A stretch of DNA of 64,000 bases from the human T2T-CHM13v2.0 reference genome, Homo sapiens (GCF_009914755.1 NC_060926.1); one strand, 5' to 3'; shown: positions 1 to 16,766, counted from the first letter of the stretch. Translations and numbers: made by a program. Notes: generated from the sequence alone by a model not told the origin.

Positions 1-79
1 TCGAGGAGTATCTTTGTGGCGTTCTCTGTATTTCCTGAATCTGAACGTTGGCCTGCCTTGCTAGATTGCGGAACTTCTC

Positions 80-628
80 CTAGATAATATCCTGCAGAGT
101 GTTTTCCAACTTGGTTCCATTCTCCCCATCACTTTCAGGTACACCAATCAGACGTAGATTTGGTCTTTTCATATAGCCCCATATTTCTTGGAGGCTTTGC
201 TCGTTTCTTTTTATTCTTTTTTCTCTAAACCTTCCTTCTTGCTTCATTTCATTCATTTCATCTTCCATCGCTGATACCCTTTCTTCCAGTTGATCACATT
301 GGCTTCTGAGGCTTCTGCATTCTTCACGTAGTTCTCGAGCCTTGGTTTTCAGCTCCATGAGCTCCTTTAAGCACTTCTCTGTATTGGTTATTCTAGTTAT
401 ACATTCTTCTAAATTTTTTTCAAAGTTTTCAACTTCTTTGACTTTGGTTTGAATGTCCTCCCATAGCTCGGAGTAATTTGATTGTCTGAAGCCTTCTTCT
501 CTCAGCTCGTCAAAGTCATTCTCCATCCAGCTTTGTTCCGTTGCTGGTGAGGAGCTGCATTCCTTTGGAGGAGGAGAGGCGCTCTGATTTTTAGAGTTTC
601 CAGTTTTTCTGTTCTGTTTTTTCCCCAT
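80..628 (-). pseudogene. L1 ORF1p N-terminal coiled coil with a premature stop after codon 182
   Basis: MGKKQNRKTGNSKNQSASPPPKE...LQDII, then TAG where the other L1 copy in this window has CAG. Confidence 0.93.
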
Positions 629-1076
629 CTTTGTGGTTTTATCTACTTTTGGTCTTTGATGATGGTGATGTACAGATGGGTTTTTGGTGTAGATGTCCTT
701 TCTGTTTGTTAGTTTTCCTTCTAACAGACAGGATCCTCAGCTGCAGGTCTGTTGGAGTACCCTGCAGTGTGAGGTGTCAGTGTGCCCCTGCTGGAGGGTG
801 CCTCCCAGTTAGGCTGCTCGGGGGTCAGGGACCCACTTGAGGAGGCAGTCTGCCCGTTCTCAGATCTCCAGCTGCGTGCTGGGAGAACCACTGCTCTCTT
901 CAAAGCTGTCAGACAGGGACATTTAAGTCTGCAGAGGTTACTCCTGTCTTTTTATTTGTCTGTGCCCTGCCCCCAGAGGTGGAGCCTACAGAGGCAGGCA
1001 GGCCTCCTTGAGCTGTGGTGGGCTCCACCCAGTTCGAGCTTCCTGGCAGCTTTGTTTACCTAAGCAAGCCTGGGCA

Positions 1077-1268
1077 ATGGTGGGCGCCCCTCCCCCAGCC
1101 TCGCTGCCGCCTTGCAGTTTGATCTCAGACTGCTGTGCTAGCAATCAGCGAGACTCCGTGGGCGTAGGACCCTCCGAGCCACGTGCGGGATATAATCTCA
1201 TGGTGCACCGTTTTTTAAGCCCGTCGGAAAAGCACAGTATTCGGGTGGGAGTGACCCGATTTTCCTGA
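1077..1268 (+). pseudogene. L1 antisense ORF0, truncated to 63 aa
   Basis: MVGAPPPASLPPCSLISDCCASNQRDSVGVGPSEP... matches primate L1 ORF0; TGA at 1266-1268. Confidence 0.85.
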
Positions 1269-1608
1269 TTTTCCAGGTGCTGTCCATCACCCCTTTCTTT
1301 GATTAGGAAAGGGAACTCCCTGACCCCTTGCGCTTCCCGAGTGAGGCAATGCCTCGCCCTGCTTCGGCTCGCGCACGGTGCGCGCACCCACTGACCTGCG
1401 CCCACTGTCTGGCACTCCCTAGTGAGATGAACCCGGTACCTCAGATGGAAATGCAGAAATCACCCGTCTTCTGCGTCGCTCAGGCTGGGAGCTGTAGACC
1501 GGAGCTGTTCCTATTCGGCCATCTTGGCTCCTCCCTCAGGACTTTGATTTTACATGGCAATATGGTAAGCCTTAAAGAACACTGTCCTGTGTGTTGATAG
1601 CCCTGTAG

Positions 1609-2004
<396 letters not shown>

Positions 2005-2689
2005 ATCTCTGATATTTTAGAATCTTTGAAATCTATAATTACTCTCTCTCATATTTCTCACACTGGCCTTCTCAAGCGTTTTGTGTTTTCCTCAACACTT
2101 TTTCAATGTGATACTTACTGCAGATGACTTCAACTGTGAGAGCAACATGAATGCTACATCTTGAACCACAAAAAAGACAAACCGAAACAAAACAAAAAGC
2201 AAGAACACTTTGTCTAACATAAGCCCTGAAATAGTGAAGCCTTGTTTGAGTCCTTTCTGTAAAGTTCCTATTTGGAAGCAATTTTACCTCGACTTCTGCC
2301 ATCTACAGATAGGTGGCAATCCTTGCTGATATGCTAACCATGTGAGAAAATGGCGCTCTTGCCATAAATAGGCATACTGTTATCTTGGTAACTTTGCATC
2401 TCTCCCCTTAATATCTGCTGTTTGCTTTGTTTATGGAGCCAATTCTTTTAGACTAGACTAGACTTCATTACAAGACATTAGACGTAAAAATACTTTTCTA
2501 TTACTAACACTTTGGTCTCTGACTTTTCCTTTCACACTGAACATTTTAATATCCAAGGTCTTCTGCTTCAGACAAGGGTGTGTTCTTCCTCCTTTGAAAG
2601 ACTAGTTCCTGTACTTGTGTTCTTGCAGCTCCCAGAATATTGTTTCTTCACATATCTACTCTGATCACATCTTCCTTCTTTAATATTTC

Positions 2690-4040
2690 TTTGTGGTAGC
2701 TTTCCTATCTGCCTAAAACCACAAATATCTTTCTTTTGATTTTATTCATCTCTCATGTTACTTTGCTTTAGTTCACCTTTTCATTAACAAAAGTCTTGAA
2801 AGAATCCTCTATTTTAACCCAGAAGAATTCCGAAATTCCATAACCATTTGTAGCCTGGCTTTTGCCCCCACACATCTACTGAAACCACTCTTATAAAGTT
2901 GACTAAGAATTGGTCAGTGACTAAGTACAATGAACTTTCAGTTCTCTTCCCTGCTGTTGTCTAAATCTGGAAACTCATTGTATTAGTTCATTCTCATGCT
3001 GCTATGAAGAAATAGCCAAGACTGGGTAATTTAAAAAGAAAAGAGGTTTAATTGACTCACAGTTCCACATGGATGGGGAGGCCTCAGGAAACTTACACTC
3101 ATGGCAGAATACACCTCTTCACAGGGTGGCAGGAGAGAAAATGAGTGCTGAGCAAAGGGAGACCGCCCGCTATAAAACCATCAGATCTTATGAGAACTCA
3201 CTCACTATCATGAGAACAGTATGGGGGAAACTTCCCCCATGATTAAATTATCTTTACCTGGTCCCACTCTTGGCATGTGGGGATTAGTACAATTCAAGGT
3301 GAGATTTGGGTGGGGATGCAGAGCCAAACTATATCACTAGTTTTCTCTTTTGGCTTCTTTACATTTTCCTGGTTTTCCCATCTCTCTGCTAGCCCCTTTT
3401 CTGTTTCATCTTTCTTCTATAAATGTACTTGTTTCTCAAGGATCTGATCTTGGCATTGTTTTCTTCTTAATCCCTGTTTTAATCCAATTTCAGACTTATC
3501 TGGTCTATGGGGATCAATTGTTAGCTGTCTGTGGTTGGCTCCTGAATCTGTATATACAGCCCAGCCTTCTCTACTAAATGAATCTCTCTCCCCATTTTTC
3601 TTCCATATTTATCCAGTATCTAACAGGTCTGTGATTTTAATGGTCAGCAAAATATCAGCAGTGGGATATTTTCTAGTACCTCTCCATCATTATGTATAAA
3701 ATGTAACTTGTCATCTATATGCTTAAATCTGCCCTTCCTTACATGACTCCCTTTTGAGTTAATGATAGAACCATCCATGAAAGTCACCCAGGATTGGGAT
3801 CTCGAGCCATATTTAATTTTTCTCTGCCTTATTCTTTGCTCTGCTGTCCAGTTGCTAAGCTGTATATAGTTTATCTCCCTAAAAGCTCTCATACCTACCC
3901 AATTCTAACAGATGCAATCCATTTCTGAGCCCCCATCTCTCTACAGTTTTCTTGCCGTCAGACTGTTTACCATCCTGTTTCTAGCTTCCTGAAGCCCAAG
4001 TCCAATATTATTATCCCCTGCTCAGAAAATCGTCAATGAT
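2690..4040 (+). mobile_element. Degraded L2 fragments, interrupted by an LTR at 2979-3336
   Basis: Pyrimidine-rich L2-like motifs; boundaries approximate. Confidence 0.5.
2979..3336 (-). mobile_element. THE1/MST (MaLR) solo LTR
   Basis: tgtattagttcattctcatgctgctatgaagaaat...gagatttgggtggggatgcagagccaaactatatca; TG...CA ends, about 360 bp. Confidence 0.88.
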
Positions 4041-4545
4041 ATGTCCACTTACGGCACTTAGAGGGGTCTCTTTTCAAAATCACAGGCTTCTCTCTTGTCT
4101 AAAAGATTCACTTGTTTATTCTCTTCCAGACAATTTGGGCTTAAAATTTTTTTAAACAATTTAAATATTGTGAAACATAGGATACAAAAAGTGCATACAA
4201 CTCATATGTATAGTTTAACAAATATCTGTAAAGTGAACATCCATGAAAACCACCACCCAGGTGAGGAAATAGAGCATTATTGACGCATAGGAAGCTTCCT
4301 GTGTCTGTCTTCCCAATTGTCCTCTCAATCCCAAGCTCCTTTTCTTTCTCCAGGGAAAATCACTCTCCTGACTTTTATAGAAGTACTTTTCTTGTTTTTC
4401 ATTATAATCTGACTACTTGGGTATATACTCCTGAGTAATATAGTTTGTGTTTCCCTGTTTTCGATGTTTATATAGATGGAGTCATTATTGTATGCATTCT
4501 CTGTGTGACTTTTCTTCTACTGACTTTATTTTAAGAATTATTCCT

Positions 4546-4832
<287 letters not shown>

Positions 4833-4894
4833 TTATTCCTATTATTAGTTATAGTTATGGATTGTTCCTTCTCTTTGCTGATTAAGGCCACACT

Positions 4895-5043
4895 TGCTGG
4901 GTGGAGTGGTGCCCACTTGCTGGGTGGAGAGGAGCTTCCTGTAATCACAGCTCCTCAGGAAGCTGAGGCAAGAGAATCACTTGAGTTCAGGAATTTGAGG
5001 CCAGAGAGAGGCAACATAGTGAGACCCCGTTTCTAAAAAAAAG
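4895..5043 (+). mobile_element. FLAM/Alu monomer
   Basis: cctgtaatcacagct...ggcaacatagtgagacccc, then an A tail. Confidence 0.7.
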
Positions 5044-7465
5044 ATCATGCTTTATTTATCCATTCTTTTGCTAATGGACATTTGAATTGTTTCCAGTTTT
5101 GGGTGATGATAAACAATGCTTCTGTGGATATTCTTGTACATATACCCTGGTACATTGAAACATACAATCTCTAAGATAAAGATTTGGGGGTAGAATTTCA
5201 AGGTCATAAGGTAAGCATATCTTCAACTTGATTAGATAATGCAACACATTTTCAAATAATTTGTAGCAATTTACATCATTCACATTCTGTAAGTTCCTGA
5301 TGCTCTGTATTTTGGATAACTCAACACAGTTATTACAGTTAATACAGTTAATTCCATCTGTATAATGTAGTCTGTATTATCAGACTTTTATATTTTTGCT
5401 CATCTGATGGATGAGTAGTGGTATTTCGTTGTGGTTTTAAAATACATTTCCCTGAAAAATAATGACATTGAAGATTTAAAAATATGGTATTGGTTGTTGG
5501 GATTTTCTCTTTTGAGAAGTGTTTGTTCAAGTCTTTTCACCAGTTTTACTCCTGGTTTTCCTTGTTATTTGGAGGCGTTTCTTCATATTCTGGATACTAT
5601 ACTTTGTCAGTTATAGGCATTTTTTTTTATTGTAGCTTTGCTTTATTGTGCTTCACAGATATTGCATTTTTTTTTTTTTTTTTTACAAATTGAAGGTTTG
5701 TGGCAACTCCATATTGAGCAAGTGTTTCAACAACATGGACTCGCTTTGTGTCTCTGTGTCACATTTGGTAATTCTTGCAATATTTCAAACTTTTAAATTA
5801 TTATTATATTTGCCTTGGTGATCTGTGATCAGTGATCTTTGATGGTACATTGTAGTTGTTGTGGGACACCATAAATCATGCCCATGTAAGATAGAGAACT
5901 TAATTGATAAATAAGTTAGATATAAGATAAGTTAAATGGTGTGTTCTGACTGCTCCACTGACTGGCTGTTCCCCTATCTCTCTCTCTCTCTGTCTTTGGG
6001 CCTCCCTATTCCCCGAGACACAGTAATATTGAAATTAGGTGAATTAATAACCCTATAGTGACCTCTAAGTATTCATATGAAAGGAAAAGTCATACATCTC
6101 TTACTTTAAATCAAAAACTGAAAATGATTGAGCTTAGTGAGGAAAGCATGGTTAAAGCCAAGATAAACCAACCTCTTGTGCCAAACAGTTCATTGTGCAT
6201 TGAAGGAAAGTTCTTGAAGAAAACTAAAGTACTCCTATGGTGAACACATGAATGATAAGGAAGTGAAACAACCTTATTGCTGATATGGAGAAAGTGTGAG
6301 TGGCCTGGATAGAAGATCAAACCAATCACAGCATTCCTTTAAGCGAAAGCCTAATCCAGATCAAGGACCTAATTCTCTTCAAATCTGAGAAGGCTGAGAG
6401 AGGTGAGGAAGCTGCAGGAGAAAGGTTGTAAGCCAGCCAAAGTTCGTTCATGAGGTTTAAGGAAAGAAGCCATCTCCTTAACATATAAAGTGCAAGATGA
6501 CGCAGCAAGTGTTGATAGAGAAGCTGCAGCAAGGTATCCAGAAGATCTAGCTAAGATAATTAATGCAAGTGGCCATATAAACAACAGATTTTCCATGTAG
6601 ACAAAACACCCTTCTATTGGAAGAAGATGCCATGAGGACTTGCACAGTTAGAGAGAAGAAGTTAATGCCTGGCTTCAAAGCTTCAAAGAACAGGCTGACT
6701 CACTTGTTAAAGGCTGATGCAGCTGGTGACTTTAAGGTAAGTTGAAGCCAGTGCTCATTTACCATTCCCTAAATCCTAGAGCCCTTAAAAATTATGAAGT
6801 CCCATTCACAATTGCTACAAAAAGAATAAAATACCTAAGAATACAGTTAACAAGGGAAGCGAAGGACCTCTTCAAAGAGAACTACAAACCACTGCTCAAA
6901 GAAATCAGAGAGGACACAAACAAATGGAGAAACATTCCACACTCATTGGATAGGAAGAATCAATATCATGAAAATGGCCATACTGCCCAATGTAGTTTAT
7001 AGATTAAATGCTATTCCCATTAAACTACCACTGACATTCTTCACAGAATTAGATAAAACTATTTTAAAATTCATATGAAACCACAAAGAGCCTGAATAGC
7101 CAAGATAATCCTAAACAAAAAGAACAAAGCTGGAGGCATCATGCTCCCTGGCTTCAAACTATACTACGAGGCTGTAGTAACCAGAACAGTATGATACTGG
7201 TACAAGAACAGACACGTAGACCAATGGAACAGAATACAGAACTCAGAAACAAGACTGCACACCTACACCATTTGATCTTCAACAAACTTGACAAAAACAA
7301 GCAATGGTGAAAGGACTTCCTATTTAATAAACGGCACTGGGAGTGCTGGCTAGCCATATTTAGAAAAGTGAAACTGGACACCTTCTTTACACCACATAGA
7401 AAAATTAACTCAAGATGGATTAAAGCCTTAAATGTTAAACCCAAAACTATAAAAACTCTAGAAGA

Positions 7466-7810
<345 letters not shown>

Positions 7811-8043
7811 TCAGGACATAGGCACAGGCAAAAATTTCATGACAAAAATGCCGAAAGCACATGCAACAAAAACAAAAATTGACAAATGGGATCTAATTAA
7901 ACTAAAGAGCTTCTGCACAGCAAAATAAACTATCAGAGTGAACAGACAATCTACAGAATGGGAGAACATTTTTGCAATATATCCATTTGACAAAGGTCTA
8001 ATATCCACTCTACAAGAAACTTAAATTTACAAGATAAAAACAA

Positions 8044-8360
<317 letters not shown>

Positions 8361-9185
8361 TTAAAAATTGGTCAAAGGACGTGAACAGACATATGAAAAA
8401 GAGCTCAACATCACTAATCTTGAGAGAAATGCAAATCAAAACCACAATGAGATACCATCTAATGCCAGTTAAAATGGCTATTATTAAAAAGTCAAGAAAC
8501 AACAGATGCTGGCAAGGTTGCACAGAAAGAACACTTTTACACTGTTGGTGGGAGTGTAAATTAGTTCAACTGTTATGGAAGATGGTGTGGCAACCTCTTA
8601 AAGATCTAGAGGCAGAAATACCATTTGACTCAGCAATCCCATTACTAAGTGTACACCCCCAAATATATAAATTATTCTATTATAAAGGTATATGCATGCG
8701 TATGTTCATTGCAGCACTATTCACAATAGCAAAGACATGGAATCAACCCAAATACCCATCAATGATAGACTGGATAAAGAAAATGTGGTACATATACACC
8801 ATGGAATACTATGCAGTCATAAAAAGGAATGAGATTATGTCCTTTGCAGGGACATGGATGGAGCTGGAAGCCATCATCCTCAGCAAACTAACATAGGAAC
8901 AGAAAACCAAACACTGCATGTCCTCACTTATATATAAGTGGGAACTGAATGATGAGAACACATGGACACATGGTAGGGAACAGCATACACTAAGGCTTGT
9001 TGTGGGGGGTTGGGGGAGGAAGAGCATCAGGAAGAATAATGGATGGGCTTAATACCTAGGTGATGGGATGATCTGTGCAGCAAACCACCATGGCACACGT
9101 TTACCTATTTAACAAACGTGCACATCCTTCACATGTATTCCTGAACTTAAAATACAAGTTGAAGAGAAAAAAAAAAAAAAGAGAG

Positions 9186-9413
9186 AAAACCCTCATGGTG
9201 ATGGTACTAGGAGGTAGGGCCTTTGGGAGGTGATTAGATCAGAGGGGTGGAGCCCTCACAAATGGGATTAGCGCCTTTGTAAAAGAGGCTATAGGGAGAC
9301 TGCTTTCCCCTTCTGCCATGTGAGGATACAACAGGAAGGTGCCACCTTTAAAGCAGAAAGTAGCCTTCATCAGAAACTGGAAAAAAAAAAAAAGAAAAAA
9401 AAAAGAAAAGAAA
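9186..9413 (+). mobile_element. Internal fragment of an MLT1A/MST-type LTR followed by poly(A); probable L1 3' transduction
   Basis: ggtgatggtactaggaggtagggcctttgggaggtgattag... lacks both LTR termini and sits between two A tracts. Confidence 0.75.
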
Positions 9414-9946
9414 ACCTTCTGGAAAGGATTCACCACTCTAGAGGCCATTAAGAGCATTTGTGATTCATGAGACAAGGTCAAAATATCAATATTAACAGAA
9501 ATTTGGAAGAAGTTGATTCCAACCCTCATAGTTGACTTTGAGGGGTTCAAGACTTCAGTGAATGAAGTATCTGCAGATATGGTAGAGATAGCAAGAGAAC
9601 TAGAGTGGAGCCTGAAGATGTGACCAAATTGCTGGACTCTCATGATAAAACTTAAATGCAGAGTTGCTTCTTATGAATGAGCAAAGAAAGTGGTTTCTTG
9701 ATATGGAATCTACTCCTGGTAAAGATGTTGTAAACAATTGTTTAAATGACCACAAAGGATTTAGAATATTACATAAACTTACTTGATAAAGCAGTGGCAG
9801 GGTTTGAGAAGATTGACTCCAATTTTGAAAGAAGTTCTTCTGTGGGTGAAATGCTATCAAACAGCATTGCATAAATTTTTTTTTTTTTTTTTTTTTTTGT
9901 GAATGGAAGAACTAATCAATGCAGCAAAGCAAATTTGATTGTTGTC

Positions 9947-10252
9947 TTTTTGTTGTTGTTGTTATTGAGACAGGGTCTTGCTGTCTGTCACCCAGGCTAT
10001 AATGCAGTGGTGCGATCATCGCTCACTGTAATCTCAAACTCCTGGACTCAAGCAATCCTCCTGCCTCAGCCTCCCAAGTAGCTAGGACTACAGGCACGCA
10101 CCACCAAACCCAGCTATTTAATTTTTTTTTTTTAATAGAGATATGGTCCCACTACGTTGCTTAGGCAGGTCTCAAACTCCTAGTCTCAAATAATCCTCCT
10201 GCCTTGGCCTCCCAAAACTCTGGTATTACAGGCATGAGCCACTATGCCTGGC
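9947..10252 (-). mobile_element. AluJ, inside Tigger1
   Basis: (TTG)n tail, AluJ-type sequence, TSD attgttgtctt. Confidence 0.9.
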
Positions 10253-11112
10253 TCATTGTTGTCTTGTTTTATGAAATTGCCACAGCCACCCAACCTTCAG
10301 CAACCACCACCCTGATCAGTCAGCAGCCATCAACATTGAGGCAAAACTCTCCACCAGCAAAAAGATTATTACTTGCTGAAGTCCTAGATGATCATTAGCA
10401 CTTTTTAGCAATAAAGCATTTTTAAAAATAGAAGTATGTACATTGTTTTTTTCAGACATAATGCTACGTACACTCAATAGACTATGTATAATATAAATAC
10501 AACTTCATATACACTGGGAAACTAAAAGAATTGTGTGGCTCATATTATTGCAATATCAGTTTTATTGAGGTGGTCTGTAACTGAACTGGCAGTATCTCCA
10601 AAGTTATGCCCGTATATATGTTGCAAATATCTTTTCTCACTCTGAGGGTTGACCTTTTGCTCTTTCTGTATTGCCTTTTATAAGTAGAAGTTCTAAAATT
10701 AATTTTATCAGTCTTTTTCTTCATTATGAGTGCTTTTTGTATTCATTTAGGAAATCCTTCCCTAGTCCAAGGTCAAGAAGAAACAATCCTGTGTGTATTC
10801 TGTTCTCAAATCCATTGTGTTTTATTTTTGCATATGCTGTGAAAGAGGGGTCTAATTTCATTTTTTCATTGTGCAGTGTTATTTATTGGAAAGTCCATTC
10901 CATCTCCACTGCTCTGCAATGTCATCTCTGTCATAAATCAAATTTCACACAAGTCTGTTTCTGAGCTATTTGTGAGCTCTCTTTTTGTGTCTATTCATCT
11001 ACTTCCCTATCCATGTGCCAATACCACATTGTCTTGCTCACTATAGCTTTATAATATATCTTGATGTCTAGTAATACACATCTTCCTCTTTGTTCTGTGT
11101 CTTCAAGTGTTT

Positions 11113-11575
11113 TGTTATAGTCTGAATTGTGTCTCCTCCAAAAAGATATGTTGAAGTTTTCATATCTCAGAATGTGACCTTATTTGGAAATAAAGTAATT
11201 GCAGATAATGTCCTCATTAGTTAAGATGAGGACATACTGGAGTAGGGTGGGCCCCTAATCCAGCACAAATGATGTCCTTGTAAGATGAGGGCTGTGTGAT
11301 GACAGAAGCACACAGGGAGAATACTACGTGATGATGAAGGCAGGTTGGAGTTATGCAGCTGCAAGCCAAGAAAAATTAAAGACTGCCAGGAAACCACCAG
11401 AAGCTGGGAGAAAGCAAGGAAGGATTCTCTGTACAGGCTTCAGGGGAAGCATCAACCAGGAAATACAATTTTGGACTTGTAGCCATCAGAACTGTGAGAC
11501 AATAAACTTCTTTTTGAAGCCAGTACCATCTGGTTGTGGTGTGCTTTGTTATAGCATCCCTAGAAAACTAATACA
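11113..11575 (+). mobile_element. MLT1B/C solo LTR
   Basis: tgttatagtctgaattgtgtc...gaatgtgaccttatttggaaata...aactaataca. Confidence 0.85.
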
Positions 11576-12539
11576 AGTGTCTTGATTGTCTTGGCTTTTT
11601 GCATTTCTATATTAATTTTAAAAGCAATTTATCAAATTCCATAAAAACTTATGATTTTGATAAGATTGCATTGAATTTATGCATAAATTGTGGAAGAAAT
11701 GCCATATTTTTAATATTGACTGTTCCAATCCTTGGACAGTCTCCTCTATATTACTTTTCTTTAATGTCTCTCAACAAGGTTTTATAATTTTCTCTATAAA
11801 GGCCTTAAATATCTTTATTAGATTTATTCCTAAGTGATAATTTTTTAATGCTATATTGTAAATGGTATCTTTTATAAAATTAAAATTTCTATTTGTTGCT
11901 GGTATAAATAGATTTTTATATATTGATTTATTATCTAATACATTTGCTAAACTTTCTTGTTCTAAATGCCAACAGCTTATTTATATATATTTTTAGATTT
12001 TTGTATGTAATCATTATCAGCTGTAAATGATCATAATTATGTTTTTTCTTTTACTTTAATTTCTTACCTTTAATTTCTTGCTGTTTTTTCCCTCATGGCT
12101 GGGCCCTCCAGTGAAATGTTGACTAGAAACAATGATAGGAGACTTTCTTGTCTTGGTCTTGATCTCAAATGAAAAACTTTCAGCATTTAAGTATGATATT
12201 TATTGTATGTTTTTACCAATATCCTTTATCAAATTAAAGACTATTTCTTCTGTTCTTAGTTTGCACAGAGCTTTATTTGATGAAATCATAAATAGATGTT
12301 AAAGTGTATTAAGTACTTTTATCTGCCTATATTGAGATGACCATATGACTTTTTTCTGCTTAAATCTGTTAACATAGTGAAATACATTAATTAATGTTTG
12401 AATATTAAACCAACCATACGTTTCTGGGATAAATGGGATAAATCCAACTTAATCAAGATCTATTTTTATAGGTTGCTAGATTGTATTTGCCAATCCAGTA
12501 GAGCAAACTATTAGCTCAGGATTTTTGCATCTATGCTCA

Positions 12540-13300
<761 letters not shown>

Positions 13301-14322
13301 GCTCATAAGTGAGGTTGGCCGATAATTTTCTTTTCTTTATAGTATCATTGTTAGGTTTTGGTATCACAATTATGCTAGCCATAAGAGATGAGTTGGACAG
13401 TATTTTCTATTTTTCTATTCTCTGGAAGAGGTTGTATATAATGGGGATTATTAATTCTTTGGGCGTTTGTTAAAACTCACCAGTAAAATCATCTGGACTT
13501 GGAGTTTTCTTTGTGGGCACACTTTGACTACTGATTTAATTTCTATAATGTTTGTAGGATTCAATATTTTCTATTTCTTCTGATATCAGTTTTATATATG
13601 ATATTCCTCTAGGTTTTTATAAAATTTCATCCAAATTTTAAAATTTATTGACAAAATCTGTCAATAATTTGCTCTTATTATTTGTTTAATGTGTGTAGCA
13701 TCAATAGTGGTTCCCTTTTTTACCTCTGATATTTGTTATTCATTCCTTCTTTATTTTTTCCTGATCAGTTTCACCAAAGGTTTGTCAATTTTGTTAGTTT
13801 TTCTCAAAGAAAGACCTTTTGACTTTATTGGCTTTTTTCCATTTTTTTTATTTAATATCTATCTACTCTCTCATTATTTATTTCCTTCTACTTTCTTCAA
13901 TTTTCTTTTTCTTTTTCTAATTTCTAGAGACAAATGCTTAGCTTACTAATTTTTAGTCCTTATAATTTCCTGACATATTCAGTTTAAGTTATATGTTTCC
14001 CTCTAAGTATTGTTTTAGTTGTATCTTAAAGTTCTGGTATTCAAGTTTGTACATTATCATTCAATTTAAATTATTTTCTAATTTCTCTCATTATTTGTTT
14101 TCTTTGGCCCCTTTCATAATTTCTCAAAAAATGGCAAATTTTGTAGTTATCTTTCCAAAATGTATAGTGGGCATAGAACAACATTCTTTGTATGATTTTA
14201 GTCCTTTGAAATTTGTTAAGATTTGCTTTATGGTCCAGTATATGGGCAATTTTTGTAAATATTTCTTGTGTACATTCCACAGTTGGATTCAGTGTTCCGT
14301 GTATGTCTGGTACATCTAGTAA

Positions 14323-14800
<478 letters not shown>

Positions 14801-14945
14801 TGATTGTGAATTCCTTTATTTATCCTTGTAGATCAGTTTTTGCTTCACATATTTTGAGGCCATGTTAGGTATGTACAAATTTAAAATTTTGTCTTCTTGG
14901 TGAATTGAAATTTTATCATTAGGAAGCCTCTTTATTTAGAATACA

Positions 14946-15252
<307 letters not shown>

Positions 15253-16339
15253 ACTTTTTTCCCTTAAAGTTGATTTTGTGTGATATTAACATAAGTGCAC
15301 ACAGCTTTTTTATGGTTATTATTTGCATGGTTTATGATTTTTGCATCTTTTAACTTTCAATTTCTCAATGTCCTTTTAAAATCCAGGTTAAAAATCTTTG
15401 TTTCTAACACTGGAACATCTAGTCTATTTACATTGAAGGTAACCATTGATATATTTTTATTTAATTATGTTATTTTATTTTATTTATTTCTGTTTGACAT
15501 ACCTGGTCTACATTTTTTTCTTTGTTTGCTTTTTTTCCAGATTGACTGGCAATATTTTTTAAAATTATTAGCTTTGTAGTTATATACTCCAGTTTTATTC
15601 TATTAGTAATTACACTATACATTCTAACATGCCTAATTTACTTATCAAAATCTAAAGTTAATAGAAACTTTGCCCTTCTTCCAGATAATACAGGTAATTT
15701 ATTAATAGTATTTCATTTCCCCTATGGCTGACTTTATTTTTTCCTCCATTTTAACTTTTTGAGTAACTTCAACATCATTACTCCACAGAATCATTGAAAT
15801 GGATAGGCAATTTATTACTAGGAAGACAAGATAAATTTAACATTGTTAGATACAATTTCCAAACCAGTTTTAACTGGAAATTCAAAATTTACTTATGTGT
15901 GTCTTCCATTGAGTTTTGGAGCTGCTAAGGAACATGGAAATCCGTGTATAAGTTCTTATATTTAGACTTCTAGAGATTTTAAATATAAATATGTATTTTA
16001 AGAATAGATTTTTTACTTTAGCATAAATTTGGCCCACTTATTCTGTGTAGCACTTGGTGGTTGTTTTTAATCTGAAGGCTACTGTATTTCTTCTATTTTG
16101 GAAAAGTTTATGCCATTTCCTCAATGCTATTTATTGGTGCTCCCATTATATATATGTTGGAGATGCCCAATGGATCTTCCATATTTTTTATAATGTGTTT
16201 GCACCTCTTTATTCCACCATAATGGGTTCTGGGTAAATTCCTAGTACTCTTTCAATATATCAATTCTGGATTCCATTATCTCAATTATTAAGGTTTTTGA
16301 AAACTTAAACTCTAATTTTTAATTTCCAGGATTTCTAAC

Positions 16340-16766
16340 TGTATCAGTTTGTTCTTAACATTGCTATAAAGAAATACCTGAGACTGGGGAATTTATAAAG
16401 AAAGAAGGTTTAATTGGCTCACGGTTCTCCAGGCTGTGTAGGAAGCATGGCAGCATCTGCTTCTGGGAGCCCTCAGGGAGCTTTTACTCATGGTGGAAGA
16501 CAAAGTGGGAGCAGGTGCATCTCACATGGCAGGAACAGGAACAAGAGAGAGAGAGGAGGTGGGGGGAGGTGTCACACACTTATAAACAAGCAGATCTCAT
16601 GAGAACTCACTCACCATCATGAGGACAGTACCAAAGGGGATGGTACTGAATCATTCATGAGAAACTACCCCCGTGATCTAATCAGTTCTCACCAGGCCCC
16701 ACCTCCAACACTAGGGATTACAATTCACCATGAAATTTGATGTGGATGCAGACTCAAACTAAATCA
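16340..16766 (-). mobile_element. MSTA/MSTB solo LTR
   Basis: tgtatcagtttgttc...ttgctataaagaaatacctgagactggg...caaactaaatca. Confidence 0.87.

Larger units (their letters stand above)
1..1537 (-). mobile_element. L1PA2/L1PA3-type LINE-1, 5' part (5'UTR plus start of ORF1); continues beyond the window start
   Basis: Reverse complement of 1501-1537 is the canonical L1 start GGGAGGAGCCAAGATGGCCGAATAGGAACAGCTCC. The CpG-rich 5'UTR is about 910 bp and ORF1 starts with ATG at 628. Confidence 0.97.

Noticed and set aside
6058-6796. Possible domesticated Tigger transposase or Tigger-L1 fusion ORF (6742-7002)
   Set aside because: Multiple stops and frameshifts, part of the transposase is deleted, and the fusion is a short junction artefact.
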